This document shows, in pieces, positions 1 through 12,600 of a DNA stretch of 64,000 nucleotides (within the stretch, counting starts at the first letter, position 1; every line of letters starts with the position of its first letter). Source of the DNA: Veleropilina oligotropha. Lineage: Eukaryota. The notes beneath the pieces are model-generated. The model searched no databases, had not been told where the DNA came from, and worked only from the letters and a program-made list of their open reading frames with translations. The stretch lies in the NCBI GenBank assembly GCA_048128005.1, contig JBEUKZ010000078.1, positions 248,001 through 312,000 on the forward strand, in the 5' to 3' direction. Made by a program: the position numbers and the translations under genes.

Positions 1-1621
1 GTATCAGCTTAATCCATGCCACAATGTGTCCTGGCCTATATCTAATTCCTACGCATTTGCAGATTGATTGATAGGCATATCAGACGACGAAGTCTTGAAT
101 GGAAGATTAATTTACTGTTTCGCAGAGGGCACTTAAATTGTCATTTATTCTGAGAGGTATAATCAACACTTGCTATTTCGATGTCGACGAAGGTTTAATT
201 TAATCTGTGCAGGGGGGCAAATGAGATCAAGATTCGTTATTATAGCTAAAATTGATGTCTATTTTATAGCTTCATGCAAGAATATGAGTTATTGGTGTGT
301 ATGCATTCAGTTTTAACTAATACACCGGTAAATATCAATAAGAATTTAATTTAAGTAAATAATTAATAATTGTAAAGTAATGTTTTATTTCAATTATTCT
401 GTGCCTTTGGTATTGTGTTTACGTATGTATGCTGGTATTTCGGGTTCTGTGTTGAGATTACTATCACCCGATATTATTCAAGGATTGTTATCTTGGGATT
501 TAATATATTTATCACCATGGAGTATTATATATCGTTTAAGCATTCGATAAAATATTTGCCTTTTACCGCCGCTGTGTGTACTTAGTGTGATTTGTTCTGT
601 ATAATTTTGCACAGTTTACAATTCTACATTATCTAAGATTGAGTGCCTGTCGTTTATTTCTGAACTATTTGCTCAGGTTTTGAATAAAAACACTTTAACT
701 CAATCATTATATCAACATAACGAGTTGGCACTTGTTTGAACAATTTACTAACAATTGTCATCTGACATGACCCATGTTTGATCGAATCATTTTGTTCGAA
801 AATCGGTCCACGGTGTCGTTAATTAACGTAAACTCTTTAACGGATAACTTTATTTTCGAAATCGATATAACATAAGCGTGTAACAAGCGGGTAAGTATCA
901 CAAAACATGTGTATAAACACACAAGATAACATATGTATATGTTGCTGATTATCATATGAGTAGGATGGTTTCTTATGAGTTACATTGAAGCGGCATGTCG
1001 ATATTTTTCTGTTCAGAAATACTATATTCAACATGAATACATGCTTAGTTAGACATGAAAGGTAATGACGATGGTTTTAAATAGAAAGAAAGTTAGGCGA
1101 AACAGACGTGTAACAGTAAGTATCGATATAGGTCTAGAGCAGTTATAACAAGTGTGCAATATTCGAAAGGCTGTGATGTCATAATATTATATCTTCTGTA
1201 ATTTCCCAAATGAACATTTAGAGTCCCTTGCATTTATCAACTAGACATGATGTATTTATCTTGAATGATGCCAAATTATAATCGCGTGTTTTAATATGGA
1301 CTGATATTGTATATGAACCCAGCGTCCCAGATACCACTTTATATATGAAATAACAAACAGCCAGCAAAACCTGGCCGTCTTTTTCCTTGCGAAACATGTT
1401 CATAATTTGTCGATTTTTCCTCATCTCTTCTTTCTGACCTTTCATATCCTTTATGATTCATATCCATGTCCTACCATTTTTCATAGTAGAACAATCTAGT
1501 TCTATATACTAAACTCTTAGTTGATCCAATACAATTATACTAAAGTGTAGACATTCATCCAAGCAGACATACATGGAACTACACTGGTTCATTCAGCTGC
1601 CAAGGTTTTCCATTTCTGTTC

Positions 1622-1880
1622 GGCGGCCGCTTCGGCAGCGCAGTGGGTAAGAGTGTCCACTCTAAATTCACTGGCTTGATTCCGCTAATGCGAACAGTAG
1701 TGGGTTCAATACCTGGCTGAGGCATTGACATTTTTCAAGTTGTGAATCACAGTTGTCCGCGACTGGCCGAAGAGGGCGGGTTTACCCGGGTGACCGGGGT
1801 TTCCTCCCGCGGTAACACGGCCATGTCCTGCCTTGAACCTCGATGTTGTAAATATACAGGACATTAAGCATCATTCCTCC
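1622..1880 (+). mobile_element. tRNA-derived SINE family 1 (V-domain-like), near full length
   Basis: Pol III A-box-like (gcgcagtgggtaag) and B-box-like (gggttcaatacc) head, body motif gggtttacccgggtgaccggggtttcctcccg, tail aaatatacaggacattaagcatc. At least 10 related copies occur in the window. The V-SINE resemblance is recalled. Confidence 0.75.
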
Positions 1881-2827
1881 CTCTCATTTCTGTTCATTAT
1901 ATACTACGACTCAATGATGCCAATGTCTTCACTTGAAGTGATGTTTCTTGTGCATATATCTTCTATTATTCCTGTCGATTCCCCATGAAAGTTGTCTTTA
2001 TCAACGTTCTGTTCGACCGTTTTTGTTCTCGGTCAAACACACTTCGTCGCCATAGAGCATAAAGTGGATAGTCACGTTTGTTCCCCGCCTTTATTGATTA
2101 CTGATGCAGTACCCGGCTGCTAAGCGCCGTTCATTAGACATAAATATTGCAGCAGGTAAACAGTCCCGATGGAATTACCTGAAGAGGTGAAATATTGCGT
2201 CTGTAACAGTTGAGGTTCAGAAGAGTACATGTGAGTTTCTTGTTTAAATCACTATTAGATATTGTGCTGGTCATTATGTTTTATTTTTGGGGATATTTGA
2301 ATATCATTTATTGGCTATGTTCTGCGTACGAATTATATTGATTTTTCATGTCTTTGGTCATATGCGCAGTGCTTGAATATATTGCAAATACATTATATTT
2401 TGGGTTTTGCTATTTCAAAGACATTTTTGTGCAATCTCAGTCACATAGTTGTTATCATTTTAGGAAATTCACAGTAGCTCTTATGATGTTACATCGGTAC
2501 AACGATAAACTTTACGGCATGCCATATTGTCTGTAAATCACGTCAAACGTGACTCGCGTATTTTAGAATTAGTCTCACTGGCAGATATGGAAGATCAATC
2601 TATGCTTAAAATATTAGGCATATGACTTTCATATATGATAGACCGATAAGATATAAATATTAAAATACGACATGGCTGAAATTATTAAAATGGTCATGAA
2701 GCATACCTTGTTGGCCCATTCTTTGATTGTCATTAGAACAGGATCATAACACATATATGCCATCAAAATAATAATGTGATCGATTTATCTGCGCTTCCTC
2801 ACACACGAATGCATGCTCGAAACGCTT

Positions 2828-3106
2828 ACATTATTATTCCCTGGTTATTGGCCTGTTCATTCCATACTCCTTCTCAACTCTCTCTGATAGTATTACGGTC
2901 AAGTACATGCCTGCTAGGAGCTTGACCTATCATTCTGACAATTCTGTCACTGCCAACCAGGTACCCATTTAGATATCAGATCGGCTGGGTGAACCGAGGC
3001 ACATATATGCTTAATTCCTTGCCCAAGGAAATTAGCCGGGATCGGGGATTGAACCCCAAACCTCTCGACGAGAGGCCAGTGCATCTACAACTGAGCCACG
3101 GCGGCA
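2828..3106 (-). mobile_element. tRNA-derived CORE-type SINE
   Basis: Minus strand reads gccgccgtggctcagttgtaga (A box), ggggttcaatccc (B box), then ccttgggcaag...gtgcctcggttcacc...taaatgggtacc, resembling the MIR/CORE domain. Confidence 0.7.
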
Positions 3107-3360
3107 GATGATCAATAATATACACGTAGCTATAAGAACACGCAGGTAAAAATGAAGGTGTGGCTGTGCATCTTAGGGATTAAACGTATCCGGAATAATG
3201 AAGTAAATGTATTCTTAACTAATACTTTTAATATGTGACTTGATGGTCATTCGACTGAATCGTTCAGGAGTGATTGGCCATGATCAGAACGCGGTCAAGA
3301 CTCAAATTTGGATCCGTGGACGGGGTATGCTTACCACTCTAGTTTGTATGTCTCATTTAG

Positions 3361-3638
3361 ATACCTGTCAACGTACCCAAGTCACCAGTGATAAACAAGT
3401 ACGTCCACGATCAGAAAGGCCAGCCATCGACTCCTGTTGCTCCTCCTCCTCCTCCCCCGGACAACCAAAAGCCCCGCCCTGCTTCGGTCAATGCGGCGGT
3501 CAGGAAACGATCGCGAATTGCGAAGAAAGAAAAGAAACCTTTTGAGCGAAACAGAACAACGAAAACCGAGGAACCAGAGAAAGTCGTCCAACCACCGCCA
3601 GAACCGACGCTAGTTCAAGAAGAAGAGAGCGAAAACAG
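3361..3638 (+). CDS. Coding exon, Pro/Lys/Glu-rich (IPVNVPKSP...QEEESEN)
   Basis: Acceptor tctcatttag ends at 3360 and donor gttagt starts at 3639. Phase 2 joins the next exon as AG|T (Ser). The 5' boundary is less certain than the 3'. Confidence 0.7.
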
Positions 3639-6600
3639 GTTAGTCATGATTTTACCATATTGTGACGATACATCAGTGTTAGCCTTTTAGCATTCATACC
3701 TGCCCGAAACTGCATTGGTAATATAGGCTACGTCTTATAAATAGTGAATCAAAATCCAAGCTGAACGCGAGCGACATATCAAATAACCCAAAGCATGAGA
3801 ATATTTGGCATTGATTCCAATGACATATTTTGTACGTTGGTAAATAATTCTCTGAGAAAACGTGTACATTCAAATTGTGAAGCGTTAATTATGTGTTACG
3901 TCATAGCGACAGTACATAGGCTTATTGTGTTGATGGTAATATCATGGTCAGTTGTCATTTGTAAGTGCAAATCGATGCTATTCATCAAAATAATTATGCT
4001 GTTCGATGCCAAATTGCTGTTATTTGGAAATCAAATTACGTGCGATCGAGAATTATCGATCGGCTATGCCTTGCAATATGTAGTTACGTCACGAAATCTT
4101 GGTGTTTGATCGGTTAACTAAACAGTTAAATCAGGTGTAGCCGAAGACAACAGGGTCATGTTCCAATGTATGATTTCATCTCTGGTTAATTATCACAAGC
4201 ACGGTTTTACTCATGATCAATGATGACTTCGCTCGAAAGTGACCGGGTCTTCAAACTGACATCGTCATTCTCGATTATGTGAAGGCATTCGATAAGTTAT
4301 CGCGCGATAATCTCCTGGTCAAATTGGATAACTACGACAACGCAGAGTCATGAAGTCACACGAAAGTCGTTGCGAAATGTGGTACTCACGCGTGACACTT
4401 GTGAAGTAAATGAACAGAGAAAGGATCGTCGAAAATATAAGGGTGGTCTCATTTTTCCTCTTGTGGGGATATGGGAGATCGCCCATGGGTGGCCGACGTT
4501 GTGTTACGAACTGAATCAGCATATATGCCTACCACAGTCCATGCTAAAAGGTATGTGCAATGACTAAGGTTATCACCGAGGATTGAAAACAGAATAGTAC
4601 ATCAGCTATAAATGTAACAGATCATGCGGTAAAACGCTAGCCATTACTAGCATGAAATCGGACATCATCATCATAATAGATACAGAACATCGCTCAAGAC
4701 AGAATTAAATGACGGTGTCGAACATCTGCTTGACTGGCAGTTCGCTTCACTATTGTAAAGATTGGTTTGGGATATTGTTACCCTCGTCTCCAGAGAAGAG
4801 GGGTTATTACATTAGGCTCAAATATGAATTTACGTCTCTGCTGGTCTGTCTGCCGAGACAGCAACTTACGAGAACATACTTTTCGTAAGAACCACATATA
4901 AATGATATCAAAACAGCTGAAACAGCATGTGATGCAATGTACGCACCCAACAATCGTCTATGTACAACAATGTCAATATCGGGTGTCGCAACCAGGGTCG
5001 TGTTGTGATAGGTTCGGTTTGTTATGAGATAAATTCCCTAATAACGTGTAAAGTCCAACCACTACATGCGTTTATGGACTACAATTCAGGTTTAGATCTA
5101 AATGCGTATATGAGTTGCATCGAATCCAGACCTTCAAATGAGAGTAGGCAATGAGTGCATTCCGGTACAGTGAACGTTCCCACCACCGCGCCAATGAGGA
5201 AACTACACTTTATGATAATACATTTTATGGCTGAAGTCTAAGTTGGCATTTTACTGTATGACACCACTCAAGTACTTTATCATATCAATTTATTACTATC
5301 TGCCCTGGTCTTTTATAATCCTATTCTTGAGGGTGCTGTTTTTATAAAATCACTTTAACGATGATAAATCGATTCTTTATAGGATAGCTCTTAATATACT
5401 CGTCAATGGCGTCTCATCAATCAACCCTTTTCCCTTATATCTTACAGTGTAGTATTGGCGGCTGTTAGATCGATATAACATTTATCAGAATATATCCTTT
5501 TGCTAATGTCTTCTAATGCCAGTGTTTATATCAGGTTAGCTACGCTTGCTGGTAATTGGGTTGCTAACTGATTCTTTGATTAGATCGCAATCAGTTATCA
5601 CTCGCTGTCTCTTGTGATTCTAATGACTTAATGCACTCAATAGACTAGTCTATTCTTGTCCACAACTTCAAAGTTAGGACAACTTTTACGAATTCCGAAC
5701 TAATTTCTTGTTGGTCTGTTATTATTTAGACGAGAAGACGTTCTGATTAAAGCCTCATGGCTTTATTTTCATCATAAAACAGACGGTAGTACAACTAAAA
5801 AACAATCCCTTATATTTCTGGTGTTCTAAGATTCTTTGCAATATATTTCACAAAGATTATTTACCCCACTCAATATTAATAAAATAAAGTAAAAATAGAC
5901 ATAGTGATCACATCTAACAGAAGCCTCGACGTCAGATCACATCCAACAGAAGCCTCGAAGTCAGATCACATCTAACAGAAGCCTCGAAGTCAGATCACAT
6001 CCAACAGAAGCCTCGAAGTCAGATCACATCCAACAGAAGCCTCGAAGTCAGATCACATCTAACAGAAGCCTCGAAGTCAGATCACATCCAACAGAAGCCT
6101 CGAAGTCAGATCACATCCAACAGAAGCCTCGAAGTCAAATCACATCCAACAGAAGCCTCGAAGTCAGATCACATCTAACAGAAGCCTCGAAGTCAGATCA
6201 CATCTAACAGAAGCCTCGAAGTCAGATCACATCTAACAGAAGCCTCGAAGTCAGATCACATCCAACAGAAGCCTCGAAGTCAGATCACATCAAACAGAAG
6301 CCTCGAAGTCAGGCAAATGGACATCAATAATAGTCTTGACATTAAACAAGTTTACTATTAGCTTGTTATACTTTAAACTCAAAGATAAAGCTAAACGACC
6401 TTATATGTGTATAAAATTCCCATCATTACAATGCTCTAATAACCTGTAAATGACTCTACTATCCTTTAATCTATAAATTGACACCAATAATAGTCTTGAC
6501 ATTAAACAAGTTTACTATTTGCTTGTTATTCAAAAACTCAAAGGCAAACCTAAACGTCCTCTTTGTAAATAGAACATCCTTCATGTCACTGCACTAATAA

Positions 6601-9600
6601 CCTGTCAATAATTATTATTTTACTATCCTTTAATCTATAAATTTGTTTACCTCTATTTTATATTCGTTTGCATTCTATGTACCATACTCTTTGAAAACTA
6701 AATAGACGCGGGGGCCTACATTCTCTTTTGTATTTATTGAATGACAGTGAATTTTCGTTTCCTCTTACGATTGGCTTTTAAGAATAGCGAAGACATCGTT
6801 CGACGAGCACGGAGTCAAACAAAGCGAATACCTCCTGTAAGCTATTATGAGAGTTAAAGCGATGATTTATTTGGATTTTACTGCACAGTGTGAATAGCGC
6901 AATGGCTTCCATTGAATCGAGAGCATGTGTGTCGTTCAGTTCCCATTATGAAGCAGTTATTGCTGTTGTCACTTTGCTTTCATTGCGCCTTGAAGTAAAG
7001 TCAGGTCGTCAACTGTTGGTATGTTAGTGGATAAAAAAGTGGATAAAATGTGCTTCTTTCACGCAAAAGCTTGCTGGTTTCAAGTAATTTTACAGGTAAG
7101 ATTTTGTGTTTTAATTGAGTCACACCGTTAAAGATGATAATTTCTTTAATATAACGACTGTAACTGTACAGTGTACAGGTTTTGCGTTGGTTTGCACCAA
7201 TGGTTGCTTCCGAGTTTGAGCGATCATGGGGCTCCATTTGGTAACTACTTTATACATGACGCTGGGCAGTCCACATGTTCGCCTGTGATCGTGTGGAGCT
7301 CATAGTGAAACTTTAAACAAAATTATCGTATCACAGGGCACTCAGATGTAACAAAAATACACAAAACTTTTTCGTCTTCACGCAGGGTATGCAAACGAAC
7401 ACAATGTGGGCTGTCAGCGGCGGATGATTGACTTCTTAATACCATTAACAGTGGAAATGGTAATGTTGATCCAGCATCATCTTCAAATACTAACGTGATT
7501 GGTACGCATCACCGATGTTTGCATACCTACACTGAGTTCCTCCTACGAATTAAAAGACATGTTGTATGACGAACTTAGCATCGCCATGAATGGCGTTCCA
7601 ATAAATGCGCCATTATTCTCGAGTGACCATCACGGAAGTTGCTCTGGATGCCATCATGTTTATGCCTCTCAAGATACCTTGACAGCGAATATCCCTGAAA
7701 GAACTCGGCGAAACATCGTATTACCACTAGAAACCTTTTACCTGATGTCACCAACTGTTCTGAAATACGTACGCGATAGTTTGTCCATGTCTGAAAGATG
7801 ACACAGTGAGATGCCGACAACCACATTATTTATGCAAACAACGTTGAAGATAACAAAAACCGTGGTATTCCACTTCTCAGGATCGTGAAGAATCGCCTGA
7901 TACTTGTAACGTACTTATCTACTCAGATCCCCAGTGAGGAATTATTGCCAAGACCGAGGTCCATTGTTGATATTATATTTTCACCCAGAAAGAAACAATG
8001 TTGATGTTGCCGTCTCCAACTTGGTCTTTGCAAATCCCAACCAAGAAGGGAAACGCAACAACACTGCATACGAATGTGAGATTATTTCATGAAGGGGATC
8101 TGTGATCAGCAATGTCTGTCAACCTATCCACCAAGACCGAGATCAACAAGTTCATCTGATAGACGTACATTACGTTATCCAGGTTGATGAAGAGAGCCTG
8201 CTTATCGATGCGAATGCTCACTGCCAGTGCAAAAGCAGAGATTTCCAAACACAATATACCGAATACCAGTGCTCAGTATACCGCAGATGAGCTCCCACGT
8301 GAAGATTAATTGATTGAATTGATGTTTAACGGTCACGCCGATAATATTTCAGTCATAATCGGGTCGATAGACTTAAAAGAATCAAATTACTTGATATATT
8401 TGAAACAGTATTCGCTTTTTACATATGAGGCATATATAGTTAAATCAATATAAATATAAAGTTGCATATTTTCTGCCAGCAGATTTGTTAAAGTAAATTT
8501 TTTAAAGCTAATTAAGTATGTTACATTCTTTTAATAAAGCAAAAATTACTGAATATTTCTTGAAGTGAGAATGACCTAAAATATTTTTGACGTATTGGGT
8601 CTAAATCAACGTAGTTCAATAATGTATGTATGACTGTTAAGTTAGAAGCACGGGGAATGCACTCAGGTGGTGGTTCCCCTGTAAGAAATTAGGAGTCGGT
8701 GTAGAGATAATGTTCAATTCGCAGTCTGTTCAAGGCGACTTCTTGACGGCGTAGGGACCTGTAAGACGGGCCATATTCGCCAAGAAGAGGTTGGTCATTC
8801 TGCCCACATGAAGAACAACCTAATTACCAAGAAGAACTGGTTACTGTATAAAGATCCGAATGGAAATACTTGAGTTAGGAAATCCGGATTGTATCATAGT
8901 TGTTTCATTCCATATTTGTAGAAACCTGAATATCGTATGATTTAATTTTTTTGTTATTTGCTATATAGTTGCTATACAGCTAGACGCTACAGAAAATGTA
9001 AAGATCACAAGCAGGAAATCATTAATCACAATAATTTTTCGCAAGGAGCTTGTTAGGGTCACTAACATAATCCAAAATTCGCAATCGCTGTGTCATCACT
9101 GTCCCATGTTAATAATAAATAGCGTTAATAAATAAATTAATATTGTTATCTAAAATCATGTATTAGTATAAAAGATAATATAGATTGTTCTATTTACAAT
9201 CAAACTACATGACCTTTGGTTTGTTCACACTGCGGCCGCTTTGACAGCTGTGTGGTATCAGCTGTGGACTCCGAAAAAGCACCGTCTCTATTCCGCTGAC
9301 ACGAACAGTAGTGGGTTCAAACCTCGGCTGGGGCAGCAAACATTTGTTCAAGTTATGAATAACAGTTGTCCATAACTGGTCGGAGAGGGCGGGTTTCCCC
9401 GTGCAGCCGGGCTTTTCTCCCGCGATAATATGGTCATGTCCTGCTTTGAATCAAATAATGGTTGGAAATATACAGGACATTAAACATCGATCCTTTCCTT
9501 TCCTTTTGTTCACACTGCGATATTGCAGATGCGTGACCACGGATATCCCACTGTGATGCTAATAACCTCATTTTCACGCATTCGAATAGAGTGCACACAC

Positions 9601-12600
9601 ATGTGCAGTAAGTCTGTGTTTCCAAGCATTTCGTCACCGTTTCTGAGGAATTTCTACGCTTTGGTGTCTTTCCCGTACAGGACTGGAGTAACTATATTTG
9701 TCCAATGACTTTGTGGCAATTGTATTCACTCAGAATGAATAAATTATTATTGGTGAAAGAGTGTTTATGTTCTCCTTTGATTCATCCTAGAAGTAGTGAT
9801 ATAGCACCTTTGGTTATGACTATCATAGCCATAAAATCGTTCAAAGAGTTTGTATTTAAAATGCATACGAGGCCTATCACAAAAGAAATTATATACTCAA
9901 TATAACATTTTGACAACAAGAATTAGTTTTCTTATCATAAAAATGTAGCTTCTATACCATCTGAATCCAACGGTCAACGACCTTGTACGGAGGCCACATC
10001 GAGAAATGAATTCATATTATGGGATTACTTATTAATGAATTTGGATTGGTAATAGAAAGTTACGATATAAATGGTTGTCATGAATACATGTAACAGTGAA
10101 ATCTATAATGATTTTGTACGTACGTAATTATAATGTACTTTGGTCATCTACGGCATAAACGGATAAATAGACGGATGCAATGTTATTCTATTGCATTGTT
10201 TTTATCAACGCACAGTCACTTAGGTTTTTGTTTTTTTAGGTTTGAGTTGATTTGAGTTGATAACTTTGGCTTAAGACCTCTTTGGCAATTTTTCAGCCTT
10301 AATGTGGTCGGGACACCCGGTTTAAAGTCTCACTCCTATCTGACCTACATACATTAGGGATATTCCATCTATTAGTTTTAAGCCTTAGAATAAGCCAGGC
10401 CGGAGCGGGCTTGAACCCACATCTTACCGTCCCACATAACGTTTTCCGACGGTTTAACCAGTTGACCTATCGAGGACGGTTTTTAGGTTTGAATCCATAA
10501 AAATAATGATGAACACATATAGGGCTCCTGGTTTAGAAATAAGTAGCAGTAGTTTCCCCAAGTTTTGCCTAAGGAAATGGGCCTGTATTTAGTGGTACCT
10601 GTTGTCTTTCAGTGCTGAAAAGACACCCTACGTGCCTGACTTCAAGGTTCCCGATCTCCCAGAATTCAAGCCACCTGAACCAGTACCACCGAAACCAAAA
10701 CCGGAAAGGCAGAGACAACACAGCCAAATTAAATACTTCAAACCAGATCCCAGGGTATGTATCATTAATTTTGTAAACTTTTAAGGTCAGGTTATGTATT
10801 ATTTATTTTGATGTTAGAGCTCTCATGACTTCATATATTACTTTTTGGTAATGAGTCAATTTCACTGAAGATAACAACTTCATCTGATAGCATTGCTGTC
10901 AGTCAATACATGTTGAAAGCGCTGTGACTAACATACTAACTGGCAATTTTTTTTGTCTCCCAGATGCACATTCTGATCTGTTAGGGCAACTGAAATACAT
11001 CCTTATTCCCTTACCCAAGAAACATCTCCGCCATTCGGATAAAATCTGGAACCCCAACAAACAGTTGAGGTGTTCGCGTTAGGCTGCATATATTCCTTGC
11101 TGTTCTTTGTGTGTCTAGCTACTGTTCACAACATCGTGGAATAAGCATAAAATATTCTTAGTAAAGAGTTACATTATCCTGAATAAAAAAATCGCGAATA
11201 ATTTGGTAATTATAATTTTGTCTTTAATCATGTACATGTAGGGAAACTTTGACTCTATTGAATGTGGTTTCGGTTGCAGACTCGGAAATCACTGGCTTGA
11301 TTCCGCTGACACTAGCATTAGTGGGTTCGAATCTCGGTTGGGACATTATTTGGTCAGTTGTGAATAACAGTTGTCCATAACTGGTCGGAGACGGTGGGTT
11401 TCCCCGTGCGACCGGGATTTCCTCTCGCGATAATATGAACATGTCCTGTTTTGAACCTGATGGTTGTAAATAAACAGGACATTAGGCATCAATCCTTTTA
11501 ATATTGAAATGGTCTCTTGTGATATTATTACTGCTGCTATTTATAGGAAATCCTGGATCTGGAAATGAAACTACAACGAAACTTTTTTGAAATGAATATT
11601 CCCACCGAGACGGCAGCGGAGGAGCCAATCAAGATAGAGGTGAGTGGATACCTCCTCGCATTTTCTGGGTCTCGAACTCGAGTTTATGCGACTCCATAGT
11701 ATACGAGAGATTGTAGAATATCGTATTAATTTTCACAACAAGTACATATCATAAATCTTGTTGTAATATATATTTGATGTAATGTTCGAATACTTGCCTA
11801 ACATAATATAAAATGTTGAAGCAGTGATACAGGTTGTGTGCTATATGAAACGAAATTGCATAAATAAATGAAATGTACAATGATTGATATTAAATTTATA
11901 TCATGTGGATATTTCCCTCCCCTCCTGTGCATTCCTGTTCTTTGGTAATTTCCACAAGGCGTCATTTGGACTATAATGTTGTGTTTTTGTCTTATTGTAA
12001 CACATATGGTCATATTGAGACATGCACATATTATCGTCGGAGGAAAGCCCGCATTACCTGGTGGCACTCACTTTGACAAGTTTTATTTAAGCCACAAAGT
12101 GCTGAATCAATGATCCAAACCCACCAAAAAAAGGAGTCATGCAAGTGATTTCGAGCCTCGCTCTGATCCACTCGATCATCAGGCGACCTGCTAATGTTTT
12201 TAAACTGGAGGTATATAGTAGTACATAATAATCGTGAAACATGTTCATAATCACAAGAAATGGAATTGGAAATGATCAAGTATTCTTTATTGTAAGCAAT
12301 ACTAGTATAAGCAATAATAGTATAAGCAATAATAGTATAAGCAATAATAGTATAAGCAATAATAGTATAAGCAATAATAGTATAAGCAATAATAGTATAA
12401 GCAATAATAGTATAAGCAATAATAGTATAAGCAATAATAGTATAAGCAATAATAGTATAAGCAATAATAGTATAAGCAATAATAGTATAAGCAATAATAG
12501 TATAAGCAATAATAGTATAAGCAATAATAGTATAAGCAATAATAGTATAAGCAATAATAGTATAGGCAATAATAGTATAAGCAATAATAGTATAAGCAAT

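Noticed and set aside
1..700. Possible 3' end of a decayed LINE
   Set aside because: Only faint motif traces; not supportable without alignment.
2046..2060. RFX X-box (gtcgccatagagca) suggesting a ciliary gene promoter
   Set aside because: The 3' half lacks the AAC consensus and the transcription start is unknown.
3240..3545. 101-aa overlapping ORF
   Set aside because: It stops at 3545, before the donor at 3639. Only the other frame splices into the downstream exons, though an indel near the 5' end cannot be excluded.
5906..6311. CRISPR-like 29-bp repeats
   Set aside because: Units are contiguous with no unique spacers, no cas genes are present, and the array is in a eukaryotic intron.
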